From positions 11,759 through 75,758 of the forward strand of contig JAFRIS010000032.1 in assembly GCA_017432665.1 (NCBI GenBank): DNA of 64,000 nucleotides, in the 5' to 3' direction. Each line of letters opens with the position of its first letter. The first letter of the stretch is position 1. This document shows positions 9,854-19,485 of this stretch, one piece after another. Source of the stretch: Bacilli bacterium. GTDB lineage: Bacteria; Bacillota_I; Bacilli_A; RF39; UBA660. The notes beneath the pieces are model-generated. The model was not told the DNA's origin. It searched no databases and saw only the letters and a program-made list of their open reading frames with translations. The translations under genes and the position numbers were made by a program.

Positions 9854-9856
9854 ATA

Positions 9857-9885
9857 TTGTCAAAAAAACTAAAATGTGCTATAAT
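9857..9885 (+). promoter_or_regulatory. Sigma-A type promoter with extended -10
   Basis: TTGTCA, 17-nt spacer, TGcTATAAT; about 20 nt upstream of the 9906 gene's SD GAGAGGGA. Confidence 0.6.
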
Positions 9886-9905
9886 ATGTCGCCGAGAGGG
9901 ATAGT

Positions 9906-10367
9906 ATGAAAATAGTTAAAGATATTATGTGTATGAGTACACCATATGGAGAAATATATACGGACGATGAATTAAATGGTACAGTTGTTATTGATGATAA
10001 TAAAGTTAGCGGTATTCTTAGAAAAGAAGGTACTGCCTACTTAACATTTGGTAAAATTACTGATGAAACTGTTGAATTAATTATTAGTAGAGATTTTGAT
10101 AAAGAATTACCTAAAATATATGAGGGTAGTTTTGCTGGTAGAAGTTATTATGGTAATAAATCAGTTATTACTAGTTTCGATAAAATACCTATTGAAGAAT
10201 GCTATATAACAGTATTTAATCCCGAATTATATCGAAATGTAGAAGACGATGAAATGGTAAAGATAGAAAAAGCAGTAGAAGATAGAAAGAAAATAATGGG
10301 AGAAGAATCTAGTAAATTATTTGAACAATATTTTAATAATCATAAAACTAATGATTATATGTTATAA
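9906..10367 (+). CDS. Hypothetical protein
   Basis: Clean ORF with promoter and SD. No recognisable motif. Confidence 0.5.
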   Translation: MKIVKDIMCMSTPYGEIYTDDELNGTVVIDDNKVSGILRKEGTAYLTFGKITDETVELIISRDFDKELPKIYEGSFAGRSYYGNKSVITSFDKIPIEECYITVFNPELYRNVEDDEMVKIEKAVEDRKKIMGEESSKLFEQYFNNHKTNDYML

Positions 10368-10380
10368 TAAAAATGGTAAT

Positions 10381-10456
10381 GCCGATTTAGCTCAGTTGGT
10401 AGAGCAACTCATTCGTAATGAGTAGGTCAAAGGTTCAAGTCCTTTAATCGGCACCA
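10381..10456 (+). tRNA. tRNA-Thr (anticodon CGU)
   Basis: Acceptor GCCGATT/AATCGGC, D arm GCTC-AGTTGGTA-GAGC, anticodon arm ACTCA-TTCGTAA-TGAGT, T loop TTCAAGT, encoded CCA. Confidence 0.9.
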
Positions 10457-10479
10457 TTTTTTTGTGAGAAGGTGAAATA

Positions 10480-11190
10480 ATGGAAAAAGAAGTACAAGAA
10501 GTTATAAATAAAATTAATGAACTTAGAGGTAAAGAATTTGGACAATACATTGATTATTTAATTAATCAAAATGATCCCAAGATTATGAAAAATAAGGAAG
10601 TCTTAATAGCAATTGCTCAAAGAGTAAATGATTATGGTTATCATCAACGTATAATCAAGTCTAAATTTGAAGATATTGGTCTTAGTATGCGTGATGAATT
10701 AGATAAAATTGATCAAGCTAAAACAATGGTGTTTTTGGAAGAACATCCAGAACTTTCAGAAATAATTGATATTGCAACTAAATGGTGGATAGAAGTTATT
10801 AAGAAACCATATTTTGCTAATTATAATTCTCAACAAATGCCTATTGAGATGGGAATTTGGTTTCAACCTACACCAAGTGAAAAGAAAATTGAAGATCGTA
10901 ATAATCAGATGCTTACTAAAGAAAAAGAAAAAGCATTTGTTGAATCTTTATCATATGAAATCGCAGATAGAGTTAGAAAAGAAGGTTCTTGCAAACTAAG
11001 TGCTGATACTTTTGGTTTTGATGTTTTAGGAAAAGCATTGGAAGAAGCTGACTTAAGAGTATCTTTTCCTAAAAAGATAACAATGATTGTTACTACTAAT
11101 CAAATTAAATTGTCAAATAGTAATAATAATTTGGATATTGTTTATACCAATGATAGTTCTAAGGAAAATGATTCTAATAAGAAAATGTAA
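10480..11190 (+). CDS. Hypothetical protein
   Basis: ORF with GAAGGTGA SD, starting 24 nt after the tRNA. No recognisable motif. Confidence 0.5.
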   Translation: MEKEVQEVINKINELRGKEFGQYIDYLINQNDPKIMKNKEVLIAIAQRVNDYGYHQRIIKSKFEDIGLSMRDELDKIDQAKTMVFLEEHPELSEIIDIATKWWIEVIKKPYFANYNSQQMPIEMGIWFQPTPSEKKIEDRNNQMLTKEKEKAFVESLSYEIADRVRKEGSCKLSADTFGFDVLGKALEEADLRVSFPKKITMIVTTNQIKLSNSNNNLDIVYTNDSSKENDSNKKM

Positions 11191-11208
11191 ACCACAATAG
11201 TGGTTTTT
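11189..11208 (+). terminator. Intrinsic terminator overlapping the stop codon
   Basis: AAACCAC-aata-GTGGTTT plus T run. Confidence 0.7.
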
Positions 11209-11298
11209 ATTTTACTGTAAAGTGTTTATTAGTTTACGTGGATATTTGCTTTTTGTGGTATAATTAATTCGTAAGGTAAAAAATAGGAGGAATTATAT

Positions 11299-12057
11299 AT
11301 GTTTAATTTAAAAGGAAGAGTAGCCGTTATTAGTGGTGCTTCAAGTGGATTAGGAAAGCAAATGGCAAGAGGATTTGCTGAACAAGGAGCTGATCTAGTA
11401 ATATTAGCTAGAAGAGTAGAAAAATTAGAAGAATTAAAAGCCGAATTAGAACAAAAAGGAGTTAAAGTATTACCCGTTAAATGTGATGTTACTTTAACAG
11501 AAGATATTGATAATGCCGCTAAGGTGGCAGAAGAAACATTTGGTAAAGTTGATATTTTAGTTAACTGTGCTGGATCTTCTAAAGATAAAGGTGTTTTAGA
11601 AATGAATGATGAGGAATGGGATTTTACTATTGCTACTGATGAAACTTCAGTATTTAAGATGACTAGAGCATTTGGAAATATTATGAAGAAAAACAATTAT
11701 GGTAGAGTAATTAATATTGCCTCTATGTATGGAATGGTAGGTAATACTGAAATACCTACAATTGCATACCATTCATCAAAAGGAGCGGTAGTTAACTTTA
11801 CTCGAGCTGCTGCTGCAGAACTTGCAAAATATAATATTACAGTTAATGCAATTTGTCCTGGCTATTTCTATACTGAATTAACTACTGAAGTATTAGATAC
11901 TGATATGTTTAAAGCATTTGCTGATTCTCATGTTCCTATGAAGAGATATGGTGCTGAAGGAGAATTAAATGCTGGAGCTATCTTCTTAGCTAGTGATGAA
12001 GCAAGTTATGTAACTGGCGTAATATTACCAATTGATGGTGGATATACAGCTGTTTAA
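11299..12057 (+). CDS. Short-chain dehydrogenase/reductase (SDR) family oxidoreductase
   Basis: Cofactor motif SGASSGLG, catalytic YHSSKGAV (YxxxK), NAICPG. AGGAGG SD. Confidence 0.85.
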   Translation: MFNLKGRVAVISGASSGLGKQMARGFAEQGADLVILARRVEKLEELKAELEQKGVKVLPVKCDVTLTEDIDNAAKVAEETFGKVDILVNCAGSSKDKGVLEMNDEEWDFTIATDETSVFKMTRAFGNIMKKNNYGRVINIASMYGMVGNTEIPTIAYHSSKGAVVNFTRAAAAELAKYNITVNAICPGYFYTELTTEVLDTDMFKAFADSHVPMKRYGAEGELNAGAIFLASDEASYVTGVILPIDGGYTAV

Positions 12058-12192
12058 TGAATAAAAAAAGCTGTAAATTAAAAAATTACAGTTTTTTTAT
12101 GATCTTTATGATATAATAAATTACACAAAAAAGAACCGGTGATTATTATATAGCGTGACCTATGTATAAACCGAATAAAAAGTTTTGAAGGT

Positions 12193-12438
12193 ATGGTGAA
12201 AAATATGTTAGATTTTGATGAGGAATATGGATATTTAAAAGTTGAATCTCTAGAAGACTTGGAAAAAAGATATCGAGCTCTAACTGAAGAAAGAAATAGT
12301 TGTGAGAGATTTTTACAAAATAGTAATATTCGTACTGAAACCAAAAATGATGTTTATAATGATTTAATGTATTTTGATGACTTAATTAATCATATAGAAC
12401 TAATAATGCAAGAAAGAGAAAGTGAAAAAACTATTTAA
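12193..12438 (+). CDS. Small hypothetical protein
   Basis: 81-aa ORF between its own TGaTATAAT promoter and its own terminator. Confidence 0.4.
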   Translation: MVKNMLDFDEEYGYLKVESLEDLEKRYRALTEERNSCERFLQNSNIRTETKNDVYNDLMYFDDLINHIELIMQERESEKTI

Positions 12439-12440
12439 AA

Positions 12441-12460
12441 AAGGAGTTAACTCCTTTTTT
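12441..12460 (+). terminator. Intrinsic terminator
   Basis: AAGGAG-ttaa-CTCCTT plus T run. Confidence 0.7.
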
Positions 12461-12513
12461 CTTTTGTTTACATTTGATATAATATAGTAAGAATAGAAAG
12501 AATTGGTGATTAC

Positions 12514-15144
12514 ATGAAAGAAAATCGTTATTATGCTATGAATCAAGATGAAGTATTTAAAAGATTTCAAGTAGATGAAAATGGTCTTAGTACTAGAGAA
12601 GCTACTAAGAGACTTAATAAATATGGTAAAAATGAATTGCCTAAAAAAGAAAAAGATAGCATCATAAAAATATTTTTATTAGAATTATTGGATCCAATAG
12701 TTTTATTATTAATGGTAGCTATTATTGCTTCTTTTATAGTAGGAGAAGTGGTAGATGCTTGTGCTATTATTTTTATAGTTTTAGTTGATTTAATTATTGG
12801 TACTTATGAAGAAAATAAAGCTAATACGACAGTAGAAGCATTAGCTTCTTTAGTTCCTGAAAAAGTAAAAGTAGATCGTGATGGTAGAGAAGTCTTAATA
12901 GATGCTAAAGATTTAACTGTTGGTGATTATGTTTATTTAGAGTCAGGAGATAAGATAAGTGCTGATTTACGTTTAGTAGAAGCTCATAATTTTACTGTAG
13001 ATGAATCTATTCTTACTGGTGAAAGTATAACAATCGAGAAGAATGCTAAAATGCTACCTAATAAAGAATTAGCTATTACTTCTCAATCTAATATGGTATT
13101 TGCTGGTACTAGTGTAGTTACTGGTAGAGCAAGAGCTATTGTTATAGGTGTTGGTTTAAATACTGAAATAGGTAAGATTGCTAATACTTTAAATGAAACA
13201 GTAGAAGAAAAATCCCCTCTTACTATTAGAGTAGATAAATTTTCAAAACAAATTAGTATTTTAATTGGAGTATTATCAGTCTTTTTAGCTTTATTATTAT
13301 TTAGTAAAGGATTACCTTTTCAAGAAGTATTAGTATCAGTTATAGCTTTAGCAGTATCTGCAATGCCCGAAGGACTACCTTTGGCTTTAACTATGGCTTT
13401 AACTATTGCTTCTAATAAAATGGCTAAAAGAAAAGTAGTTGCAAAAAAACTGAATTATGTAGAATCATTAGGTAGTTGTACGGTAATAGCTAGTGATAAA
13501 ACTGGTACTTTAACTGTTAATGAGCAAACTGCTAAGAAAATAGTTTTACCTAATGACTTAGAATATGCTGTTTCTGGATCAGGTTATTCTGTAGATGGTA
13601 GTGTTGTAGGAGAAAAATTAAATTATGCTAAAGAAATAGCTAAACTAGGAGTTATTAATAACGAAGCTAAGTTTAGTAAAAGTGAACAAATAGGAGATTC
13701 TATAGATATAGCCTTCTTAGTTTTAGGAGAAAAAATGAAAACTAAGACTAATGATATAGAAATATTAGAGACTATTCCATATGAATCTGCGAATAAGTAT
13801 TCAGCTGTTTTCTATAAAAAAGACGGAGAAACTTATTGTACTATTAAAGGTTCATTAGAAGTAGTTATGTCTTTCTGTAATAAAATTAATTTAAAGAAAG
13901 ATTTTTCTCCTAATAAAATAGAAGAACAAAATGAGTCTTTATCAAGTGATGGTTATCGTGTTATTGCTATTGCTAATGGAAAAATTAAAGAAAAAGATGA
14001 TTATAGTGAAAAAGATATTAAAGATATAACATTTATGGGATTAGTTGGATTTATTGATCCAATTCGTAAAGAAGCAGTTAATGCTATTAAGAAGTGTACT
14101 AGTGCAGGTATTAAAGTATTAATGATTACGGGAGATCACCCATTAACAGCTTTTAAAATAGCTAAAGATTTAAAATTAACAAAGGATTTTGAAGAAGTAA
14201 CTACTGGTAGTGAAGTAGAAGAATATCTTAAGAAAAGTGAAAAAGAATTTGATGAGTTTGTTAAGAGTAAAAAGATATTTACTAGAGTTACTCCAATAGA
14301 AAAATTAAAAATAGTTGAATCTTTAAAAAGACAAGAAGAATTTGTAGCGGTTACTGGTGATGGAGTAAATGATGCTCCAGCTTTGAAGGTAGCTAATATA
14401 GGTATTGCTATGGGTAGTGGTACTGATATTGCTAAAGAAACTGCTAAAATGATTGTTATTGATGATAATTTTAAATCTATTGTAAATGGTGTTTTAGAAG
14501 GAAGAGTAGCTTATGCTAATATTCGTAAAATAACTTATTTCTTAATATCTTGTGGTTTAGCAGAAGTGTTATTCTTTGCTTTCTCAATATTCTTTGATAT
14601 GCCTATGCCTTTAGTAGCCATTCAATTACTCTGGTTAAATGTAGTTACTGATGGTATTCAAGATATTGCATTATCATTTGAAAAAGCAGAACCAGATATT
14701 ATGAATAAAAAACCAAGAGATCCAAAAGAAAGTTTGTTTGATAATGTTTTATTGGATGAAATATTACTTTCTGGAATATGTATTAGCGTTATAGTATTTG
14801 GTTTATGGTATTACTTATTAAATGTTGTTCATATGGAAATAAGTATTGCTAGAGGATATACTATGGCTTTAATGATTATTCTTCAAAATATACATGCATT
14901 TAATTGTCGTAGTGAAGATAAAAGTTCATTTAAAATACCATTATCTTCTAATCCAATATTCTTAGTAGGAGTACTTGGTTCTATGATTTTAGGAGTAGCA
15001 GTTTTAGAAGTGCCTTTCTTAACAGTATTTTTAAAGACTGCTCATGTACCAGGATTACATTTAGTATATTTAATTCTATTTGGGTTTACGATTTTAGTCA
15101 TTATGGAACTATATAAGTGGCTTAAATATTCAAGAAAAAAGTAA
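12514..15144 (+). CDS. P-type cation-transporting ATPase, P2 (Ca2+-ATPase/YloB-like)
   Basis: TGES, phosphorylation site DKTGTLT, PEGLP in M4, TGDGVNDAPAL hinge. About 10 predicted TM segments. Confidence 0.9.
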   Translation: MKENRYYAMNQDEVFKRFQVDENGLSTREATKRLNKYGKNELPKKEKDSIIKIFLLELLDPIVLLLMVAIIASFIVGEVVDACAIIFIVLVDLIIGTYEENKANTTVEALASLVPEKVKVDRDGREVLIDAKDLTVGDYVYLESGDKISADLRLVEAHNFTVDESILTGESITIEKNAKMLPNKELAITSQSNMVFAGTSVVTGRARAIVIGVGLNTEIGKIANTLNETVEEKSPLTIRVDKFSKQISILIGVLSVFLALLLFSKGLPFQEVLVSVIALAVSAMPEGLPLALTMALTIASNKMAKRKVVAKKLNYVESLGSCTVIASDKTGTLTVNEQTAKKIVLPNDLEYAVSGSGYSVDGSVVGEKLNYAKEIAKLGVINNEAKFSKSEQIGDSIDIAFLVLGEKMKTKTNDIEILETIPYESANKYSAVFYKKDGETYCTIKGSLEVVMSFCNKINLKKDFSPNKIEEQNESLSSDGYRVIAIANGKIKEKDDYSEKDIKDITFMGLVGFIDPIRKEAVNAIKKCTSAGIKVLMITGDHPLTAFKIAKDLKLTKDFEEVTTGSEVEEYLKKSEKEFDEFVKSKKIFTRVTPIEKLKIVESLKRQEEFVAVTGDGVNDAPALKVANIGIAMGSGTDIAKETAKMIVIDDNFKSIVNGVLEGRVAYANIRKITYFLISCGLAEVLFFAFSIFFDMPMPLVAIQLLWLNVVTDGIQDIALSFEKAEPDIMNKKPRDPKESLFDNVLLDEILLSGICISVIVFGLWYYLLNVVHMEISIARGYTMALMIILQNIHAFNCRSEDKSSFKIPLSSNPIFLVGVLGSMILGVAVLEVPFLTVFLKTAHVPGLHLVYLILFGFTILVIMELYKWLKYSRKK

Positions 15145-15185
15145 AATATGTTATAATATAAAAGCAATAGGAGTGGGTTGATTTT

Positions 15186-17147
15186 ATGGAAATGGAAATA
15201 AATGAGACAAAAATAATAGATCAAATTAGATGCTTAGGTATAGATATGATTGATAAAGCACAGAGTGGTCATCCGGGAATAGTTTTAGGAGCTGCTCCAA
15301 TTATTTATACTTTATATGCTCATCATTTGAAATTTGATCGTAATCATCCTGAATACTTTAATAGAGATAGATTTGTTATGTCTGCTGGACATGGTTCAGC
15401 ATTGTTATATGCTACATTACATATGGCTGGATTTGATATTAGTTTAAATGATTTAAAAGATTTTAGACAAATAGATTCTATTACTCCAGGACATCCTGAA
15501 TATGGAGTAACTCCTGGAGTAGATTGCACCACTGGTCCTTTGGGACAAGGTTTTGCTACTGCTGTTGGTATGGCTATGGCAGAGGCTTCTCTTAGAAGTA
15601 GATATAAAGATGTTATTGATTATAATACTTATGTATTATGTGGTGATGGAGATTTAATGGAAGGAGTTTCTTATGAAGCTGCATCACTTGCTGGTACTTT
15701 GGGTCTAAATAAATTAATAGTTTTGTATGATTCAAATGATGTATGTTTAGATGGTAAAACATCTGATACATTTAATGATAATGTTTCAATGAGATTTGTA
15801 GCTCAAGGTTGGAATGCTATCACAGTAGATGATGGAACTAACGTAGATTTAATATCTAAAGCGATTGAAACTGCTAAGAAAAGTATTGATAAACCAACTA
15901 TTATTGAAATCAAAACTGTTATTGGTAAATATTCTAATTTAGAAGGTACTAATAAAGTTCATGGTTCACCATTAAAGAAAGAAGACATTACTAGTATTAA
16001 AGAAAAAATGGGCTTTAGAGATATACCTTTCGCAGTAAGTCAAAACTCAGTAGATGAAATGCAAGCAATGATAGACGAAAGATGTAATAATTTAAATGAT
16101 AAATTCTTAGAATTAGTTGATTCTTTAGACGATAGAGTAAAAGAAGAATTACATTACTTTATGAATAAAGATAAAAGTATTGAAGTTAAAGATTTATTCT
16201 ATGATCTTCCAGAAGATAAGAAAGAATCACCAAGAGATGCTTCTTCTAAGATTTTAAATGCTATTGTTAAAGATAATCCATATTTATTTGGAGGAGCTGC
16301 TGATTTATTTGGAGCTAATAAGACTTATATTAAAGATGCTGGTAATTTCCAAAAAGATAATTATTTAGGAAAAAATATTTATTTTGGCGTTAGAGAACAT
16401 GCAATGGGAGCTATTTTAAATGGTTTAGCTTTATGTGGATTTAGACCATATGGTTCTACTTTCTTATCATTTAGTGATTATTTAAAGCCTTCATTAAGAT
16501 TAGCTTCTATGATGGATTTAGCAAATATATATGTATTTACTCATGATTCAATTGGGGTGGGAGAAGATGGACCAACTCATCAACCTATAGAACAATTATT
16601 AATGCTTAGAAGTTTACCTAATTTAGATGTCTTTAGACCAGCTGATACTAATGAAGTATTAGGTGCATATAAAGCAATTTTAGCTAAAGATCATGGTCCT
16701 AGTGCTATTGCTTTGGCCAGAAATTCATTACCTATTTTAGAAGAAACAAAAGTAACTGAGGTAGAAAAAGGTGGCTATATTGCTTTAGACACTGTAGAGA
16801 AACCAAAAGGAATAGTAATTACTTGTGGTGAAGAATTACATGCAGTATTAGAAGTTGCTAAGAGATTAAAAACTAAAGGTATAAATATTAGAGTAGTATC
16901 AATGCCTAATCTAGAGAGATTCTTAGCTCAAGATGATGAATATAAGGAAGAAGTATTACCTGTAGAAGTTAGAAAGATAGTTGTAGAAACATCATCTAGT
17001 TTCTCATGGAATAGACTAATTTATAATAGTAAGTATTTAATTACATTAGATCAGTTTGGAGCTAGCGGACCAGCTTCTGATGTTTATAAGAAATTTGGTT
17101 TTGATGTAGATTCATTAGAAGAAAAAATAGATAATTTATTAAAATAA
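15186..17147 (+). CDS. tkt: Transketolase
   Basis: SGHPG, GDGDLMEG (ThDP motif), full-length 653 aa with the typical C-terminal domain. Confidence 0.95.
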   Translation: MEMEINETKIIDQIRCLGIDMIDKAQSGHPGIVLGAAPIIYTLYAHHLKFDRNHPEYFNRDRFVMSAGHGSALLYATLHMAGFDISLNDLKDFRQIDSITPGHPEYGVTPGVDCTTGPLGQGFATAVGMAMAEASLRSRYKDVIDYNTYVLCGDGDLMEGVSYEAASLAGTLGLNKLIVLYDSNDVCLDGKTSDTFNDNVSMRFVAQGWNAITVDDGTNVDLISKAIETAKKSIDKPTIIEIKTVIGKYSNLEGTNKVHGSPLKKEDITSIKEKMGFRDIPFAVSQNSVDEMQAMIDERCNNLNDKFLELVDSLDDRVKEELHYFMNKDKSIEVKDLFYDLPEDKKESPRDASSKILNAIVKDNPYLFGGAADLFGANKTYIKDAGNFQKDNYLGKNIYFGVREHAMGAILNGLALCGFRPYGSTFLSFSDYLKPSLRLASMMDLANIYVFTHDSIGVGEDGPTHQPIEQLLMLRSLPNLDVFRPADTNEVLGAYKAILAKDHGPSAIALARNSLPILEETKVTEVEKGGYIALDTVEKPKGIVITCGEELHAVLEVAKRLKTKGINIRVVSMPNLERFLAQDDEYKEEVLPVEVRKIVVETSSSFSWNRLIYNSKYLITLDQFGASGPASDVYKKFGFDVDSLEEKIDNLLK

Positions 17148-17207
17148 TTATCTATTTCTTGTCTAATTAAAATGTTTTTAGTAAAATAAATTTAAGGAGA
17201 TGAATTT

Positions 17208-17417
17208 ATGTTACATGATATATTGATATTAGTAGTAGGATTAGTCCTAGGTGCTGTAATTGGTTTCTTCGCATCTCGTAAATTTATGAAGAGTTATTTA
17301 AAGAAGAATCCACCAATTAATGAAGATATGATTAAAGCTTTAATGATGCAAATGGGTAGAAAACCTAATCAAAAGCAAATAAATCAAATGATGAAAGCAA
17401 TGGAAAAATACCAATAA
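17208..17417 (+). CDS. yneF: UPF0154 family small membrane protein (YneF-like)
   Basis: Near-collinear with B. subtilis YneF as I remember it: ...[41 protein letters not shown]. The tkt-yneF neighbourhood matches Bacillus. Confidence 0.85.
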   Translation: MLHDILILVVGLVLGAVIGFFASRKFMKSYLKKNPPINEDMIKALMMQMGRKPNQKQINQMMKAMEKYQ

Positions 17418-17504
17418 TTGGTATTTTTTTATTTACATATTTGACATAGCAAGATATTGTTTGAAACTATTATTTATAATAAAATATATAATAGGAGAGG
17501 TATT

Positions 17505-18272
17505 ATGAAAAAAAACACTAAAGATATAACCGTATCATCAATTTTTACGTTATTATACTATTCTTTATATGGTGCCTTTTTCAGTATAGTAATATCATTC
17601 CTACTAGTAATATTATTATCCGAGAAAATTGATGAAAAAATTATTGTTTATCCAGAATTGTATTTTATAATTGGATTAATTGTAGGAGTCTTTGGTTTTT
17701 TCTTGGATATGTTTTTAGAAAGTAAAGGTAAAAATATTCTGTTTAGAGTAAGAATAAGTACATATAAACAGTTTAGAAAAGCAGCAGTAGTTTTAGCAAT
17801 TGCATTTGTTCCAATAATTATTATTGGAATGGCAATGTTTAATTATATTGATTATATTAAACATAATCCTAGTACTGATACTAGTAATATATTATATAGC
17901 ACTAAATCATATAGATTAGATGATGAAATTTCTTATAAAGATTTAAAAAAAGATTATAAAGAGTTAAATTCTGATGTTTTTCTAGGTTATTATATTGATG
18001 ATGAGACAATTTTTTCTAATTATGTCTGTTTCATAAAAGAAAAGCAATTAACATGTTTAGAAGGTTTTGGTTTTGATGACAGTACATATGAAAGTAATTA
18101 TGAAATAATGGTCAAAACTTTCGGTAATAATGCTTGTGGTGAAAAAGATGATGAATTTATATGTTCCGATGATGAAATAATTGTTTCACTTATTCAAGAT
18201 GGAACAGTTTCAGTTCGCAGCGATAATCGCTATTGTGAGGCAAAGAGTAATGGAAATTCTAGCTGTGATTAA
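17505..18272 (+). CDS. Polytopic membrane protein with Cys-rich C-terminal domain, unknown function
   Basis: I prefer the ATG at 17505 (AGGAGAGG SD) over the track's TTG at 17457. 4 TM segments, then a soluble domain with 6 Cys. Confidence 0.5.
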   Translation: MKKNTKDITVSSIFTLLYYSLYGAFFSIVISFLLVILLSEKIDEKIIVYPELYFIIGLIVGVFGFFLDMFLESKGKNILFRVRISTYKQFRKAAVVLAIAFVPIIIIGMAMFNYIDYIKHNPSTDTSNILYSTKSYRLDDEISYKDLKKDYKELNSDVFLGYYIDDETIFSNYVCFIKEKQLTCLEGFGFDDSTYESNYEIMVKTFGNNACGEKDDEFICSDDEIIVSLIQDGTVSVRSDNRYCEAKSNGNSSCD

Positions 18273-18294
18273 AAAATAAAATTGGAAGGTATTT

Positions 18295-18855
18295 ATGAAA
18301 GATAATGAATATAAGGAATTAAAGACATATGATGAAATGTCAAGGAAAGAAAAAAGAGAACTACGATTAAGTTCTAGGGATCCTCGTAAAGAAGAGGCTC
18401 ATGATAGTATTTTGTTTGATATTGTAGGATTAATTACGTGCATAATTATAGCAATACTATTTTGTGGTATGGGAATTGTAGCTCTATTACAAGCAAATGA
18501 TGTCAAAATATTGGGAGTTATTTTCTTAACAGGAGGATTATATATTGCATACAAAGGATTTATATTTGCAAGGGATATAAAAGCTAATATATTGAAGGTA
18601 AAAAAGACTAAAAATGTAGTTATTACACTAAGTACAATAGCTTACTTTATTTATAGTTTGCCAGTCTTTACCTCAGTATTGGTTATTAGTTTAATGGTAA
18701 TAGATCCAGGAAATGAATTTCTTACAAGAAATCATGCTGTATTAGTAACTTCAATTATAGTTGAAATAGTATTAGGTTCATTATTATTAGCAATTAATGT
18801 GTTAACATCTGGTGATATTAAAGTTTTTGAAATAGGTAAAAAGAAGAAAAAATAG
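18295..18855 (+). CDS. Membrane protein, unknown function
   Basis: N-terminus MKDNEYKELKTYDEMSRKEKRE, then 4 TM segments. Confidence 0.5.
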   Translation: MKDNEYKELKTYDEMSRKEKRELRLSSRDPRKEEAHDSILFDIVGLITCIIIAILFCGMGIVALLQANDVKILGVIFLTGGLYIAYKGFIFARDIKANILKVKKTKNVVITLSTIAYFIYSLPVFTSVLVISLMVIDPGNEFLTRNHAVLVTSIIVEIVLGSLLLAINVLTSGDIKVFEIGKKKKK

Positions 18856-18865
18856 AGGTGATACA

Positions 18866-19132
18866 ATGCCTAAAAAAGAAGGAAAAAATTATAATCAAAT
18901 GACAAGTAGTGAAAAGAGGGATTATAACATTGCAAATGCTTCTTTAGATTCAGTGTTTGTATATTCAATTCTTACTATAATTGGTATAGGTATTACATTT
19001 CATTTAATTACTGCCGCACCAATTAATGCTTGGTTAATAATAGTTTCTGCTGTAGTAACTATTTCTTTTATAGTTTTAATATTTGAAAGTTTAACTTATT
19101 GTATATTACAATTTAGAAGAAAAGATTGTTAG
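18866..19132 (+). CDS. Small membrane protein, unknown function
   Basis: NYNQMTSSEKRDYN head plus 2 TM segments. Confidence 0.45.
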   Translation: MPKKEGKNYNQMTSSEKRDYNIANASLDSVFVYSILTIIGIGITFHLITAAPINAWLIIVSAVVTISFIVLIFESLTYCILQFRRKDC

Positions 19133-19145
19133 AATAGGAGCTAGT

Positions 19146-19412
19146 ATGAATAATAATGAATATAAAGAAATAAAATTTGATAGTGAATTAACTTCTAATG
19201 AAAAAAAAGAAAAAAGAATTAATGAAGCTAAGTTAACCACATATTATAAATATATGTTTGCTTTTATGATAAGTATTGCTTTAGCTGTTTATATGTATAT
19301 TATGGCTTTATCTATTGTATCTTCTTATAAAGAACTTTGTATTATAGCATGTGTTCTAACGTTAATAGCTATAGTTTTTTTAACAAGAGCTTTAATGGAA
19401 TTATATTTTTAA
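19146..19412 (+). CDS. Small membrane protein, unknown function
   Basis: MNNNEYKEIKFDSELTSNEKKEKR head (same pattern as the 18295 gene) plus 2 TM segments. Confidence 0.45.
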   Translation: MNNNEYKEIKFDSELTSNEKKEKRINEAKLTTYYKYMFAFMISIALAVYMYIMALSIVSSYKELCIIACVLTLIAIVFLTRALMELYF

Positions 19413-19485
19413 AAAAAAAAGAAATAAACGGTTTTGATTTAAAAACCTTTTATTTTTGATATAATATGTACATGGACGTGATATT

